Shown here piece after piece: positions 25,950 through 35,285 of a stretch of 64,000 nt of DNA. The stretch is from Arenicellales bacterium (GTDB lineage: Bacteria; Pseudomonadota; Gammaproteobacteria; Arenicellales; JAJDZL01). The DNA lies in the NCBI GenBank assembly GCA_965206345.1, contig OZ242211.1:2599078-2663077 (forward strand), in the 5' to 3' direction. Made by a program: the position numbers and the translations under genes. Under the pieces are notes generated by a model. That model ran no database searches and was not told the DNA's origin. It was given only the letters and a program-made list of their open reading frames with translations. The first letter of the stretch is position 1, and each line of letters starts with the position of its first letter.

Positions 25950-27263
25950 ATGAAAAAAACGTTAATTGCAGCTATTGCCTTGCTTGGTTCAATGGCATAC
26001 ACAACTGCGAAAGCAGCGGATTTAACCTTGTGCTGGGCCGCATGGGATCCGGCAAATGCCTTGATTGAACTTTCCAAGGACTTTGAAGCTCAAAGTGGAC
26101 ACAACATGAGTTTTGAGTTTGTTCCGTGGCCCAACTTTGCCGATCGGATGCTTAATGAGCTAAATTCGGGAGGCAAGCTGTGTGACTTGATGATTGGTGA
26201 CAGTCAGTGGATTGGTGGATCGGCAGAAGCTGGGCACTATGTGAAGCTGAATGACTTTTTTGATGCGGAAGGCATTTCCATGGGCGATTTCATTCCTGCT
26301 ACAGTGACTGGCTATGCCGAATGGCCTAAGGGCACACCAAACTACTGGGCACTTCCAGCATTTGGAGATGTTGTCGGATGGACCTATCGAAAGGACTGGT
26401 TTGAACGTCCAGAACTACAGGCAGAATATAAGAAAAAATATGGCCGCGATCTTGATGTACCGCAGAGTCTTGCTGAACTTAAGGACATCGCAGAGTTTTT
26501 CCAAGGTCGAGATATTGATGGAAAAACCGTCTATGGCGCGGCGATTTACACCGAACGCGGTTCCGAAGGCATCACCATGGGTGTGACCAATGCGCTGTAC
26601 AACTACGGTTTCGAGTATGGAAATCCTGACTCACCCTACGAACTCGAAGGGTTTGTCAATTCCGATGGTGCCGCTGCAGGTCTGGAATACTACAAAGCTC
26701 TATATGATTGCTGTACACCACCAGGTTCATCCGATTGGTACATGAGCGAATCAATTGATGCCTTCAAGTCCGGCTTAGTCGCTTTGCAAATGAACTTCGC
26801 TTTCATTTGGCCGGGTGTGCATGCCGATTCCAATGTCGGTGGCGACCGTTCTGGTTATTTCCCAAATCCCGCTGGACCAGGCGGACACTTTGCCCAATTG
26901 GGTGGACAGGGAATTTCAGTTGTGTCTTACTCTGATCAGCAGGATGCAGCTCTTGAATATATCAAATGGTTTGCGCAACCTAAAATTCAGAAACAATGGT
27001 GGGAACTTGGTGGCTATTCCGCTTTGAGAGCTGTTGTGGAGGATCCAGGGTTTGCAACGAGCCAACCCTATGCCCAGACCTTTCTCGACTCAATGGCAAT
27101 TGTGAAGGACTTCTGGGCTGAGCCGGCATATGCGTCGTTACTGCTAGCGATGCAGGACCATGTTCACAAATATGTCATTGCCGGTCAGGGCACCGCTCAA
27201 GAAGCACTCGACAACCTAGTTAAAGACTGGATTGAAGTCTTCGAGGATGAAGGCAAGCTCTGA
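25950..27263 (+). CDS. ABC transporter periplasmic substrate-binding protein (family 1, sugar/polyol type)
   Basis: Signal peptide MKKTLIAAIALLGSMAYTTAKA and a 437-aa SBP-like composition. First gene of an SBP-permease-permease-ATPase-ATPase operon. Confidence 0.85.
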   Translation: MKKTLIAAIALLGSMAYTTAKAADLTLCWAAWDPANALIELSKDFEAQSGHNMSFEFVPWPNFADRMLNELNSGGKLCDLMIGDSQWIGGSAEAGHYVKLNDFFDAEGISMGDFIPATVTGYAEWPKGTPNYWALPAFGDVVGWTYRKDWFERPELQAEYKKKYGRDLDVPQSLAELKDIAEFFQGRDIDGKTVYGAAIYTERGSEGITMGVTNALYNYGFEYGNPDSPYELEGFVNSDGAAAGLEYYKALYDCCTPPGSSDWYMSESIDAFKSGLVALQMNFAFIWPGVHADSNVGGDRSGYFPNPAGPGGHFAQLGGQGISVVSYSDQQDAALEYIKWFAQPKIQKQWWELGGYSALRAVVEDPGFATSQPYAQTFLDSMAIVKDFWAEPAYASLLLAMQDHVHKYVIAGQGTAQEALDNLVKDWIEVFEDEGKL

Positions 27264-27298
27264 GTCTTGCGGACTTCTATTAAGTAATGCGATTTAGA

Positions 27299-27329
27299 CA
27301 AGTGACCGCTCTTTGTGAGCGGTCACTTG
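27299..27329 (+). promoter_or_regulatory. Perfect 13-bp stem-loop between the SBP and permease genes (intercistronic stabiliser/attenuator type)
   Basis: CAAGTGACCGCTC-tttgt-GAGCGGTCACTTG. There is no downstream T-run. Confidence 0.5.
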
Positions 27330-27355
27330 TGGGCTTGAGATAAATTCGAGCAATC

Positions 27356-28303
27356 ATGGGAAAATCACCCATTGACCGTGCAGCAGAGGCAACTCCGACG
27401 GGATTGAGACGCAGAATTCGAGGACTGTCTGACCGTGCAATTGCCTGGGTTTTTGTTGGTCCAACCATTGTTCTCCTGCTATTGATCAACATTTTCCCGC
27501 TGATCTGGACAATCAGATTAAGCTTCACCAACTATCGAGCCAATCGTCCAAATGCAGATGTCAAATTTATTGGTCTGCGGAACTATGAACGCATTCTGAC
27601 AGACAGCGATATCTGGCAGACAATGCAGGCGACCGCACACTTTCTGTGCTGGACGCTGCTGTTGCAGGTCATTCTCGGTTTTGCGCTAGCCTGGCTCATC
27701 AACAAAAAATTCAAGGGCAATGATTTGTGGACCACAATCATTGTGTTACCCATGATGTTATCACCTGCTGTCGTGGGCAACTTTTGGACCTTTCTCTACC
27801 AGCCTCAAATCGGCTTGTTCAATTACATCATCTCGTTTCTGACTGGCGTCGATCCAAGCAGTTTTACCATGATTGGTGAGGTCAGTCTTGCACCTTGGGC
27901 CATTGTTATCGTCGATACATGGATGTGGACGCCATTTGTGATGCTCATCTGTTTGGCTGGGCTACGATCCATCCCTGACTATATCTACGAGGCGGCTGAG
28001 TGTGATCGTGCATCGAAATGGCGTCAGTTTTGGACTATCACAATCCCCATGGTTTTACCATTTCTAATGCTAGCTGTTTTATTTCGGGGCATTGAAAATT
28101 TCAAGATGTTTGATTTGGTCGTCCTTCTCACGGGTGGTGGACCCGGATCCACGACTGAACTGACGTCTATCAACTTGAAGCGGGAAGCCTTTGAAAAGTG
28201 GCGAACAGGCTATGCATCAGCGTACGCCGTCATCTTGTTCGTAACAATTTTTGGTTTGGCCTCGATTTATGTTAAGGCGCTAAACAAGGTGAAGGATCGA
28301 TGA
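27356..28303 (+). CDS. ABC transporter permease (MalF/UgpA-like)
   Basis: Multi-TM protein with EAA loop EAAECDRASKWRQFWTITIP. Confidence 0.85.
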   Translation: MGKSPIDRAAEATPTGLRRRIRGLSDRAIAWVFVGPTIVLLLLINIFPLIWTIRLSFTNYRANRPNADVKFIGLRNYERILTDSDIWQTMQATAHFLCWTLLLQVILGFALAWLINKKFKGNDLWTTIIVLPMMLSPAVVGNFWTFLYQPQIGLFNYIISFLTGVDPSSFTMIGEVSLAPWAIVIVDTWMWTPFVMLICLAGLRSIPDYIYEAAECDRASKWRQFWTITIPMVLPFLMLAVLFRGIENFKMFDLVVLLTGGGPGSTTELTSINLKREAFEKWRTGYASAYAVILFVTIFGLASIYVKALNKVKDR

Positions 28304-29238
28304 GCAGCTGGTCGTTGACTGGACCAAATAGAGTTCAAAAGTGGCTTGCTGGAACGCTGGTTATCGTCTATGCTCTCGTCACACTACTACCGCTCCTTTG
28401 GATCATCTCGACTGGATTTAAGTCTTCGCCTGACTCGATCGCCTACCCGCCGAAAGTGGTATTTGAGCCGACGCTGGAAGGATATGTCAATCTGTTCACC
28501 ACTCAGACAAGGCAGACAGAAGAGTATCTCGCCAACAATCCCCCCGAAACCTGGTACGAGAAGCTGGTCCGTGATAAGGGTATGGTAATTGCAGGTCCGT
28601 CGCGATTTGGTGAGCGATTCTTTAATTCCATAATAATTGGGTTCGGATCAACTTTCCTGTCAGTATTTCTGGGAACATTGGCCGCATATGCGTTTTCCCG
28701 TTTCAGAGTTCCACTGAAAGATGATTTGTTGTTTTTCATTCTTTCAACTCGTATGATGCCACCGATCGCAGTAGCAATTCCAATCTTCTTGATGTTCCGA
28801 ACGCTGGGCCTATCAGATACGCATGCGGGCATGATCCTCCTGTATACAGCAGTTAATTTGTCACTTGCAGTCTGGCTCTTGAAGGGATTCATCGACGAAA
28901 TTCCTGTCGAATATGAAGAGGCGGCACTGATTGACGGGTATACCCGCTTCCAGGCTTTCGTCAAAGTGGTTTTGCCACAGTCAGCAACAGGCATTGCCTC
29001 CACTGCAATTTTTTGCCTAATATTTGCTTGGAACGAATATGCATTCGCTGTTCTACTGACATCTGGTACCGCCCAAACAGCGCCACCGTTCATTCCAACG
29101 ATTATTGGGGTCGGCGGACAGGATTGGCCGGCGGTGGCAGCTGGCGTAACGCTTTTTCTGGTTCCAGTAATGGTTTTTACCATAGTACTGCGGCGACACC
29201 TGCTGCGCGGCATAACTTTTGGCGCAGTTCGTAAATGA
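28300..29238 (+). CDS. ABC transporter permease (MalG/UgpE-like)
   Basis: EAA loop EEAALIDGYTRFQAFVKVVLP. ATGA overlap with the upstream gene. Confidence 0.85.
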   Translation: MSSWSLTGPNRVQKWLAGTLVIVYALVTLLPLLWIISTGFKSSPDSIAYPPKVVFEPTLEGYVNLFTTQTRQTEEYLANNPPETWYEKLVRDKGMVIAGPSRFGERFFNSIIIGFGSTFLSVFLGTLAAYAFSRFRVPLKDDLLFFILSTRMMPPIAVAIPIFLMFRTLGLSDTHAGMILLYTAVNLSLAVWLLKGFIDEIPVEYEEAALIDGYTRFQAFVKVVLPQSATGIASTAIFCLIFAWNEYAFAVLLTSGTAQTAPPFIPTIIGVGGQDWPAVAAGVTLFLVPVMVFTIVLRRHLLRGITFGAVRK

Positions 29239-29423
29239 TTCGTCTGCTTCAGGCATTGATGCACTTTCGCAGAGGGGCGTGGGAGCTCGTGGCTTCTGTC
29301 ATTATTGCCGTTGGCGTCATCATGCTAATGCAGCCACTTCAGTTATGGGCATACACATGGTCATTTCTGGTTACTCTGATTGGGACAGTACTGTTCATCA
29401 TTGTTAGTCACTTTCCAGAGTAA
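29235..29423 (+). CDS. Small (62 aa) two-helix membrane protein encoded inside the ABC operon
   Basis: ATGA start/stop overlap with the permease gene. Two hydrophobic segments: ELVASVIIAVGVIMLM and SFLVTLIGTVLFIIV. Confidence 0.5.
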   Translation: MIRLLQALMHFRRGAWELVASVIIAVGVIMLMQPLQLWAYTWSFLVTLIGTVLFIIVSHFPE

Positions 29424-29576
29424 GCTGATGCAGCAAAGCGAAAAGAAGTCATACAAACACACGATTACCGCTTATCTAGACAAGCTCGTCAATTTCGATG
29501 TGCGAAATTCTATCAATGTAAAGTGGCAGGCTGACAGTAGCCGGTATCGGACCTGAACTGAAGAAGATTAGGTTAA

Positions 29577-30674
29577 GTGGCAGAAGTAATCGTCAAAAAT
29601 CTTCGCAAGCAGTTTGGCAACTTCACGGCTGTCGAATCATCCTCTTTTACTGTTGCGGATGGCGAGTTTTTCATGCTTCTTGGTCCTTCAGGATGTGGGA
29701 AAACAACCACCCTAAGAATGATAGCGGGATTGGAGTTGCCGACCTCTGGGGAAATACTTATTGATGGTGAGGAAGTCGCTCAGAGACCAGCAGGCCAGCG
29801 AGACATCGCTTTTGTCTTTCAGATGTTCGCTTTGTATCCGCACATGAATGTACGCAAGAATATCAGTTACCCTCTTGTCAGCCAAGGCATGAAAAAAGAT
29901 GAAAGAAACAAGCGGGTTCAAGAGGTTTCTCGAATACTGGGAATTGAGGATATTCTTGATCGACCTGTAAGTGGTCTTTCGGGCGGAGACAGGCAGCGGG
30001 TTGCTTTGGGAAGAGCGATTGTAAGGAATCCAAAGTGCTTTCTTATGGACGAACCTTTGGGCGCACTGGATGCAGAATTTCGCGAACATATGGCAGGTGA
30101 ATTGCGCGGATTGCACGATCGCATGGGAGCAACGACCGTTTACGTTACTCATGACCAACGGGAAGCGATGCAAATGGGGGACCGGATTGTGGTCATGAAT
30201 CATGGCATTGTCGAACAGATGGGCACTCCTCAGGAAATCTATGATTATCCCGCAACCATGTTCGTGGCTGATTTTATCGGATCGCCATCCATGAATTTCC
30301 TGGAGTTTGAAGGTCGTTTGGCGGCAGGCTGTCGCACGGTTAGTCTTGAAGGGCAGCCAATTGGGATGTGCCCGATAGAAGAACCCGCCGAAGGCTCATT
30401 GGCACTGGGAATTCGTCCGGAACATGTACATATTGATGACAAATCCCGTTACCGAGGCATTGTTCAGTCAGCAGAATATCTTGGAACGACGCAGATTGTG
30501 ACCCTGTCGACACCCAATGGTGTTGTCAAGGCCCGACTGTCTTCCAGCATGTCATTCAGCGAAGGAGAAACAGTAGGCCTCAATTTTCGGGAAGAGTTGG
30601 TCACGCTATTTGACCGCAAATCTAGAATGGCAATCTTGTCAGAAAGGCAGAGAAGTAAGAGCAACAATGGCTGA
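29577..30674 (+). CDS. ABC transporter ATP-binding protein (MalK/UgpC-like) 1
   Basis: GPSGCGKTT, LSGGDRQR, FLMDEPL. C-terminal TOBE-like domain. Confidence 0.9.
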   Translation: MAEVIVKNLRKQFGNFTAVESSSFTVADGEFFMLLGPSGCGKTTTLRMIAGLELPTSGEILIDGEEVAQRPAGQRDIAFVFQMFALYPHMNVRKNISYPLVSQGMKKDERNKRVQEVSRILGIEDILDRPVSGLSGGDRQRVALGRAIVRNPKCFLMDEPLGALDAEFREHMAGELRGLHDRMGATTVYVTHDQREAMQMGDRIVVMNHGIVEQMGTPQEIYDYPATMFVADFIGSPSMNFLEFEGRLAAGCRTVSLEGQPIGMCPIEEPAEGSLALGIRPEHVHIDDKSRYRGIVQSAEYLGTTQIVTLSTPNGVVKARLSSSMSFSEGETVGLNFREELVTLFDRKSRMAILSERQRSKSNNG

Positions 30675-31662
30675 CGTTGAACTCCAGAACATTTCGAAAT
30701 CCTTTGGTCAAATCGAAGCAGTCAAAGAGGTTTCTCTAGCAATCGCAGATGGTGAATTTCTCGTGCTGTTGGGTCCTACAGGAGCAGGAAAGACAACGAC
30801 ATTACGTCTTATAGCAGGCCTTGAGAAACCGGATAGCGGTTTGATACACATCGCTGGTAAGAACATGACCGCGGAAATACCCGCTATGCGCAATGTAGCG
30901 ATGGTTTACCAGCAGTACTCTCTTTATCCCCACATGACAGTGTTTGAAAACATGGCCTTTCCGCTACGCTCACCGTTGCTAAAGACCCCTGAAGACATTA
31001 TTCGTCGCAAGGTCGCGGAGGTTGCAGAAGTTCTGCAAATCAGCCACAAGCTTGAAAATCGAACAACGCAGTTGTCAGGTGGTGAGATGCAGCGAGTCTC
31101 AATCGGTCGTGCACTGGTTCGTAGCCCGGCTATTTATTTGATGGATGAACCTTTAAGTTCTCTTGACGCTAAACTACGTGCCGACCTGCGCGTCGAACTC
31201 AAGCGCATTCAAACGCAACTTGGGGCGACACTTTTATACGTTACTCATGATCAAATTGAGGCGATGACCATGGCAGATAGGATTGGCGTTCTGGAAGCTG
31301 GGCGGTTGGTGCAAACTGGAAGGCCGCGCGACATCTACGAAGATCCAGTCAGTCTATATGTTGGCGGCAGACTGGGATTGCCGCGAATCAATGCCATACC
31401 CGCCGATCTGTTTGGTGGGGCACCGAACGGTGCACACAAGATGGGATTGCGACCTGAGCATATTAAACAAGGCGCTGGCAAACCAGCCAAAGTCTTGCGG
31501 CTGGAACATCTTGGAGACCAGACGCAATTGCACTTGGATCTTGAGGGTCACAAGATTGTCACATTGACGGATATTCATTCTGAGCTCCGACCTGGAGACA
31601 CAGTTCACATTCAACCGCTCAATCCTTTATATTTTGATTCTTCCGGAAATCGTATACGCTAA
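30667..31662 (+). CDS. ABC transporter ATP-binding protein (MalK/UgpC-like) 2
   Basis: GPTGAGKTT, LSGGEMQR, YLMDEPL. The start ATGGCTGA overlaps the previous stop. Confidence 0.9.
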   Translation: MADVELQNISKSFGQIEAVKEVSLAIADGEFLVLLGPTGAGKTTTLRLIAGLEKPDSGLIHIAGKNMTAEIPAMRNVAMVYQQYSLYPHMTVFENMAFPLRSPLLKTPEDIIRRKVAEVAEVLQISHKLENRTTQLSGGEMQRVSIGRALVRSPAIYLMDEPLSSLDAKLRADLRVELKRIQTQLGATLLYVTHDQIEAMTMADRIGVLEAGRLVQTGRPRDIYEDPVSLYVGGRLGLPRINAIPADLFGGAPNGAHKMGLRPEHIKQGAGKPAKVLRLEHLGDQTQLHLDLEGHKIVTLTDIHSELRPGDTVHIQPLNPLYFDSSGNRIR

Positions 31663-31674
31663 ATTTACTAAGGT

Positions 31675-33306
31675 TTGAACCTCATGAGCCAATTTATCAA
31701 CAATCGAGACACAGTTGTTACCGATGCCATTGATGGCATTCTTCGATTATCACCCACACATCTCGCCAGGCTTGACGGGTATCCACATATCAAGGTTGTC
31801 ATTCGCACGGATTTTGACAAATCGCGCGTAGCGCTGGTTTCAGGCGGTGGTTCAGGCCACGAACCGAGCCATGCTGGTTTTGTCGGTGAAGGGATGCTAA
31901 GTGCCGCGGTTTGTGGTGATGTCTTTGCATCTCCGTCAGTCGATGCTGTTCTCTCAGGTATCCTAGCCGTCACAGGCGAGGCAGGTTGCCTCCTGATCGT
32001 CAAGAATTACACAGGCGATCGTTTGAATTTTGGATTGGCTGCGGAGCGTGCGCGAGCGTTGGGGTACAACATTCGGATGGTTATCGTCGGTGATGATGTC
32101 GCCTTGCCGGATCTTCCACAACCGAGGGGCGTAGCCGGAACGCTTTTCGTACACAAAATTGCTGGAGCACTGGCTGCCTCTGGGGCAAGTCTTGATAATG
32201 TAGCGGACTGCGCCCAACGCGTTGCAGGTCAAATTGCATCCATGGGGTTGTCGCTCGATACCTGCACGATTCCGGGCTCCTCCAAAGAAAACCGGATCGA
32301 TCCGGGTATGGCCGAACTCGGCTTAGGCATTCACGGGGAACCAGGAGTTGATCGTGTCGCGTACTCAACGGCTGAAGCAGCCATGAACCTAGTCATTGAC
32401 CGATTGGAGCGGCATACAGCCAAAGGTTCACTGGTTGCTTTGCTCAACAATCTTGGTGGCTGCACAGATTTAGAAATGGGTATCCTTGCTGACGCGCTGA
32501 TGCGGTCGCGTATCGGTGCGCGAATCCAAGGTGTGATTGGCCCCGCAGCCCTCATGACTTCACTTGATATGAAAGGTTTTTCGGTTTCCTTATTTGCCCC
32601 AGATGAACATGACCTCGATGCTCTCATGTCTCCGGTAAGTCCGCAGGCTTGGCCTGCGTACCGGGCTACAGCACAGCCTGATGTTGTCAGTCTACCGGCA
32701 GACCTGCGACCGGCAAAACCAGAACCAACAAAAAATACGGCAGTGAAAGAGCTACTCACAACGTGCTGTAATGTCTTGGTCGAAGCAAAAGCAAAACTGA
32801 ACGCTTTGGATGCCAAGTCAGGTGATGGTGATACAGGCAGTACTGTGAATGCTGCTGCAAAGTCCATTCTCTCCAAAATTGATCAACTTCCGCAGGCGCA
32901 AACGTCTCTACTGTTCCGCTCTCTCGGTCAGGAACTCAGTGAATCAATGGGTGGATCACTCGGCGTTCTAATGGCAATATTTTTTACCGCTGCCGCAGAT
33001 GCAGCTGCAAAAGGTGGTGACATTCCGCAGTCTCTCCAAGCCGGTCTGCAGCGTATCAAGCAAGTTGGTGGTGCACATCTCGGCGATCGCACTATGATTG
33101 ACGCACTCGAACCGGCATTGAACCTTTTGGGTCAGGGAATTCGGCCCGCGGCAGACGCTGCTCGCGAGGGTGCCAATTCAACTGCATTAATCACCCAAGC
33201 CAAGGCCGGGCGCGCAAGCTATGTCTCGGCGGACAATCTTTCCGGTCACAATGACCCTGGTGCTGAAGCAGTTGCAATTGTTTTTGAAAAACTGGCTTCC
33301 TCGTGA
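31675..33306 (+). CDS. Fused DhaK-DhaL dihydroxyacetone (glycerone) kinase, ATP-dependent type
   Basis: Dak1 motif GGGSGHEPSHAGFVGEGML and Dak2 motif KSGDGDTGST. The start may be the ATG at 31684 (MSQFINNRD). Confidence 0.85.
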   Translation: MNLMSQFINNRDTVVTDAIDGILRLSPTHLARLDGYPHIKVVIRTDFDKSRVALVSGGGSGHEPSHAGFVGEGMLSAAVCGDVFASPSVDAVLSGILAVTGEAGCLLIVKNYTGDRLNFGLAAERARALGYNIRMVIVGDDVALPDLPQPRGVAGTLFVHKIAGALAASGASLDNVADCAQRVAGQIASMGLSLDTCTIPGSSKENRIDPGMAELGLGIHGEPGVDRVAYSTAEAAMNLVIDRLERHTAKGSLVALLNNLGGCTDLEMGILADALMRSRIGARIQGVIGPAALMTSLDMKGFSVSLFAPDEHDLDALMSPVSPQAWPAYRATAQPDVVSLPADLRPAKPEPTKNTAVKELLTTCCNVLVEAKAKLNALDAKSGDGDTGSTVNAAAKSILSKIDQLPQAQTSLLFRSLGQELSESMGGSLGVLMAIFFTAAADAAAKGGDIPQSLQAGLQRIKQVGGAHLGDRTMIDALEPALNLLGQGIRPAADAAREGANSTALITQAKAGRASYVSADNLSGHNDPGAEAVAIVFEKLASS

Positions 33307-33846
33307 TCGCTGCAAATTAAGTATGAAGGTGCTTTTTGCTTACAACCACGGCGTGCAGATAGCTCGCCACCTGTTCGTACTGTCTTTCCGCGGCATCTTT
33401 TTGAAACTAAGGCGACTATTGTGATTCTGAAATGGCTCTCATCGACTGTTTCAGTCCAAAATTTGTTCTAGTGCAAATGGCATGTCCAATTCCGTTAGCC
33501 TCACAGTCATTGGTAATATCAGCCTCCTAGTAAGATCAGCATTAGTTTTCAGAATGCTCACAGAAATTCGCTCTGACAGTGCATGAGTGCACTGTTTTCT
33601 GAACTTAAAGCTATCTTTGCCTGCCAGCACATCGTCCTTTTGATTGTCGACCTCCACCATCAAAAACTTTGTGAAGCCAGAGCGCAATCTGAGGAGGGAT
33701 TCCGTTGCGATGCATCGCATTTTTAAAAGTTGTTTCAGACTGACACTAGATTGCCTCTCAACTTCGCGATTCGGAAATATCCGTATTTTCTATACTTCAG
33801 CCACGGGCTTATAATGACTCGCCCTATATCGCAGTAGGAGGTCTAG

Positions 33847-35274
33847 GTGAAAAACTTGGAATTTATCAGCGTTGAAGGCATTGTTGAATCGCTTATTCAA
33901 CGCTCACGGCAAGCGTTTAATGAGTTTCGAAACGCCGACCAGCAATCTGTGGACGACGCGGTAACGGCAGTTGCCTGGTCGTTGTACAAGCCAAACAATG
34001 CTAGGAAACTGGCAGAATTAGCGGTGCAGGATACCGAACTTGGGAATGTCAACGACAAGATCACCAAGAATCAACGCAAAACCTTTGGCACCTTACGCGA
34101 CCTATTGCGCGCACGTACAGTAGGCATCATCGAAGAAGACAAGGATCGTGGTATTGTCAAGTACGCAAAGCCAGTTGGTATCGTTGGTGCAGTTACGCCT
34201 TCAACCAACCCGGCAGCGACACCTGTCAACAAGTGTATGATGGCGATCAAGGGACGTAATGCGATTATCATTGCGCCTTCACCAGCCGGTTGGAAAACAA
34301 CGAATCATGCAGTGGAACTGATGCGTGAGGGCCTGAATACTGTCGGTGCTCCGCAAGATCTGATTCAAATTCTTCCGGCACCAGTCAATCGGGAAATGAC
34401 CCAGCAACTGATGCGGTTTGTTGACTTGGTTTTGGTTACCGGCTCACAAAACAATGTAAAAGGTGGTTATTCAAGCGGTACACCAGCAATTGGTGTTGGT
34501 GTCGGTAATGTGCCGGTAATCGTGGATGAATCAGCCGACTTACAGCGTGCCGCCAAATTGATTGGCATGTCAAAAACCTTTGACAATGGCACCTCCTGTT
34601 CATCCGAAAATTCTGTCATTGTGCTTGATTCAGTTTATGAAGATATGATGAACGCTTTTGCCGATACCGGAGGATATCTGGCGACTGCAGAAGAGAAAGA
34701 ACGAATTGTAAATACACTGTGGACTTCTCCTGGGAAGTTGAACCGATCACTCATCGCCAAGGACGCAGACGTTCTTATCAGGCACTGCGAATTGGCTGCA
34801 CCTGTTGAGACAACAAAATTCATCATTGTTGAGGAATCGGGAACTGGTCCCGAATACCCGTTATCGGGCGAAAAACTTTCACTTTTCATGACCGCATATC
34901 GAGTTTCGAATTTCGATGAAGCGGTTGCCAAAGTGCGCGCTATTCTTGATTATCAGGGGGCAGGGCATTCCTGCGGTATTCACACTGCAGATCACAGCAA
35001 AACCAGGTATCTTGCAGAGGAACTTGATGTCGTTCGGGTGCTGGTCAACCAAGCTCACACGTTTGGGAATGGTGGAGGATTTACCAGCGGCTTTCCGTTT
35101 ACCTTGAGTATGGGATGTGGTACCTGGGGCGGAAACAGCATCACTGAAAATCTGAATTACCGACACTTCATCAACATCACACATTTGTCCACAGAAATAC
35201 CTGAGGACAAACCTAGTGAGGAGAGCTTATTCGGAGAATTTCTCCGAAAGTATCATCCCGACTATTCGCTCTGA
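33847..35274 (+). CDS. CoA-acylating aldehyde dehydrogenase (EutE/PduP/SucD-like)
   Basis: VTPSTNPAATPVNK and catalytic Cys in FDNGTSCSSENSVIV. GTG start with an AGGAGG RBS. Confidence 0.8.
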   Translation: MKNLEFISVEGIVESLIQRSRQAFNEFRNADQQSVDDAVTAVAWSLYKPNNARKLAELAVQDTELGNVNDKITKNQRKTFGTLRDLLRARTVGIIEEDKDRGIVKYAKPVGIVGAVTPSTNPAATPVNKCMMAIKGRNAIIIAPSPAGWKTTNHAVELMREGLNTVGAPQDLIQILPAPVNREMTQQLMRFVDLVLVTGSQNNVKGGYSSGTPAIGVGVGNVPVIVDESADLQRAAKLIGMSKTFDNGTSCSSENSVIVLDSVYEDMMNAFADTGGYLATAEEKERIVNTLWTSPGKLNRSLIAKDADVLIRHCELAAPVETTKFIIVEESGTGPEYPLSGEKLSLFMTAYRVSNFDEAVAKVRAILDYQGAGHSCGIHTADHSKTRYLAEELDVVRVLVNQAHTFGNGGGFTSGFPFTLSMGCGTWGGNSITENLNYRHFINITHLSTEIPEDKPSEESLFGEFLRKYHPDYSL

Positions 35275-35285
35275 GGCTCACCCCC

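Noticed and set aside
28503-29264. A 253-aa ORF antisense to the MalG-like permease gene. Similar long antisense ORFs occur at 32331-32876, 8534-9025, 9241-9685 and 29712-30203.
   Set aside because: Each lies opposite a gene with clear family motifs. Their sequences are Arg/Ser/Pro-skewed with no recognisable domains, and they lack plausible RBS or operon context. They are most likely shadow ORFs.
29235-29423. Assigning the 62-aa operon-internal ORF to DUF2160 (the small protein of rhizobial glycerol ABC systems).
   Set aside because: The sequence does not resemble what I recall of DUF2160, and it is shorter. It is kept as a generic small membrane protein.
33451-33720. An 89-aa minus-strand ORF in the spacer between the DAK and ALDH genes.
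   Set aside because: It has no recognisable family, no RBS, and unremarkable composition. The support is insufficient to call a gene.
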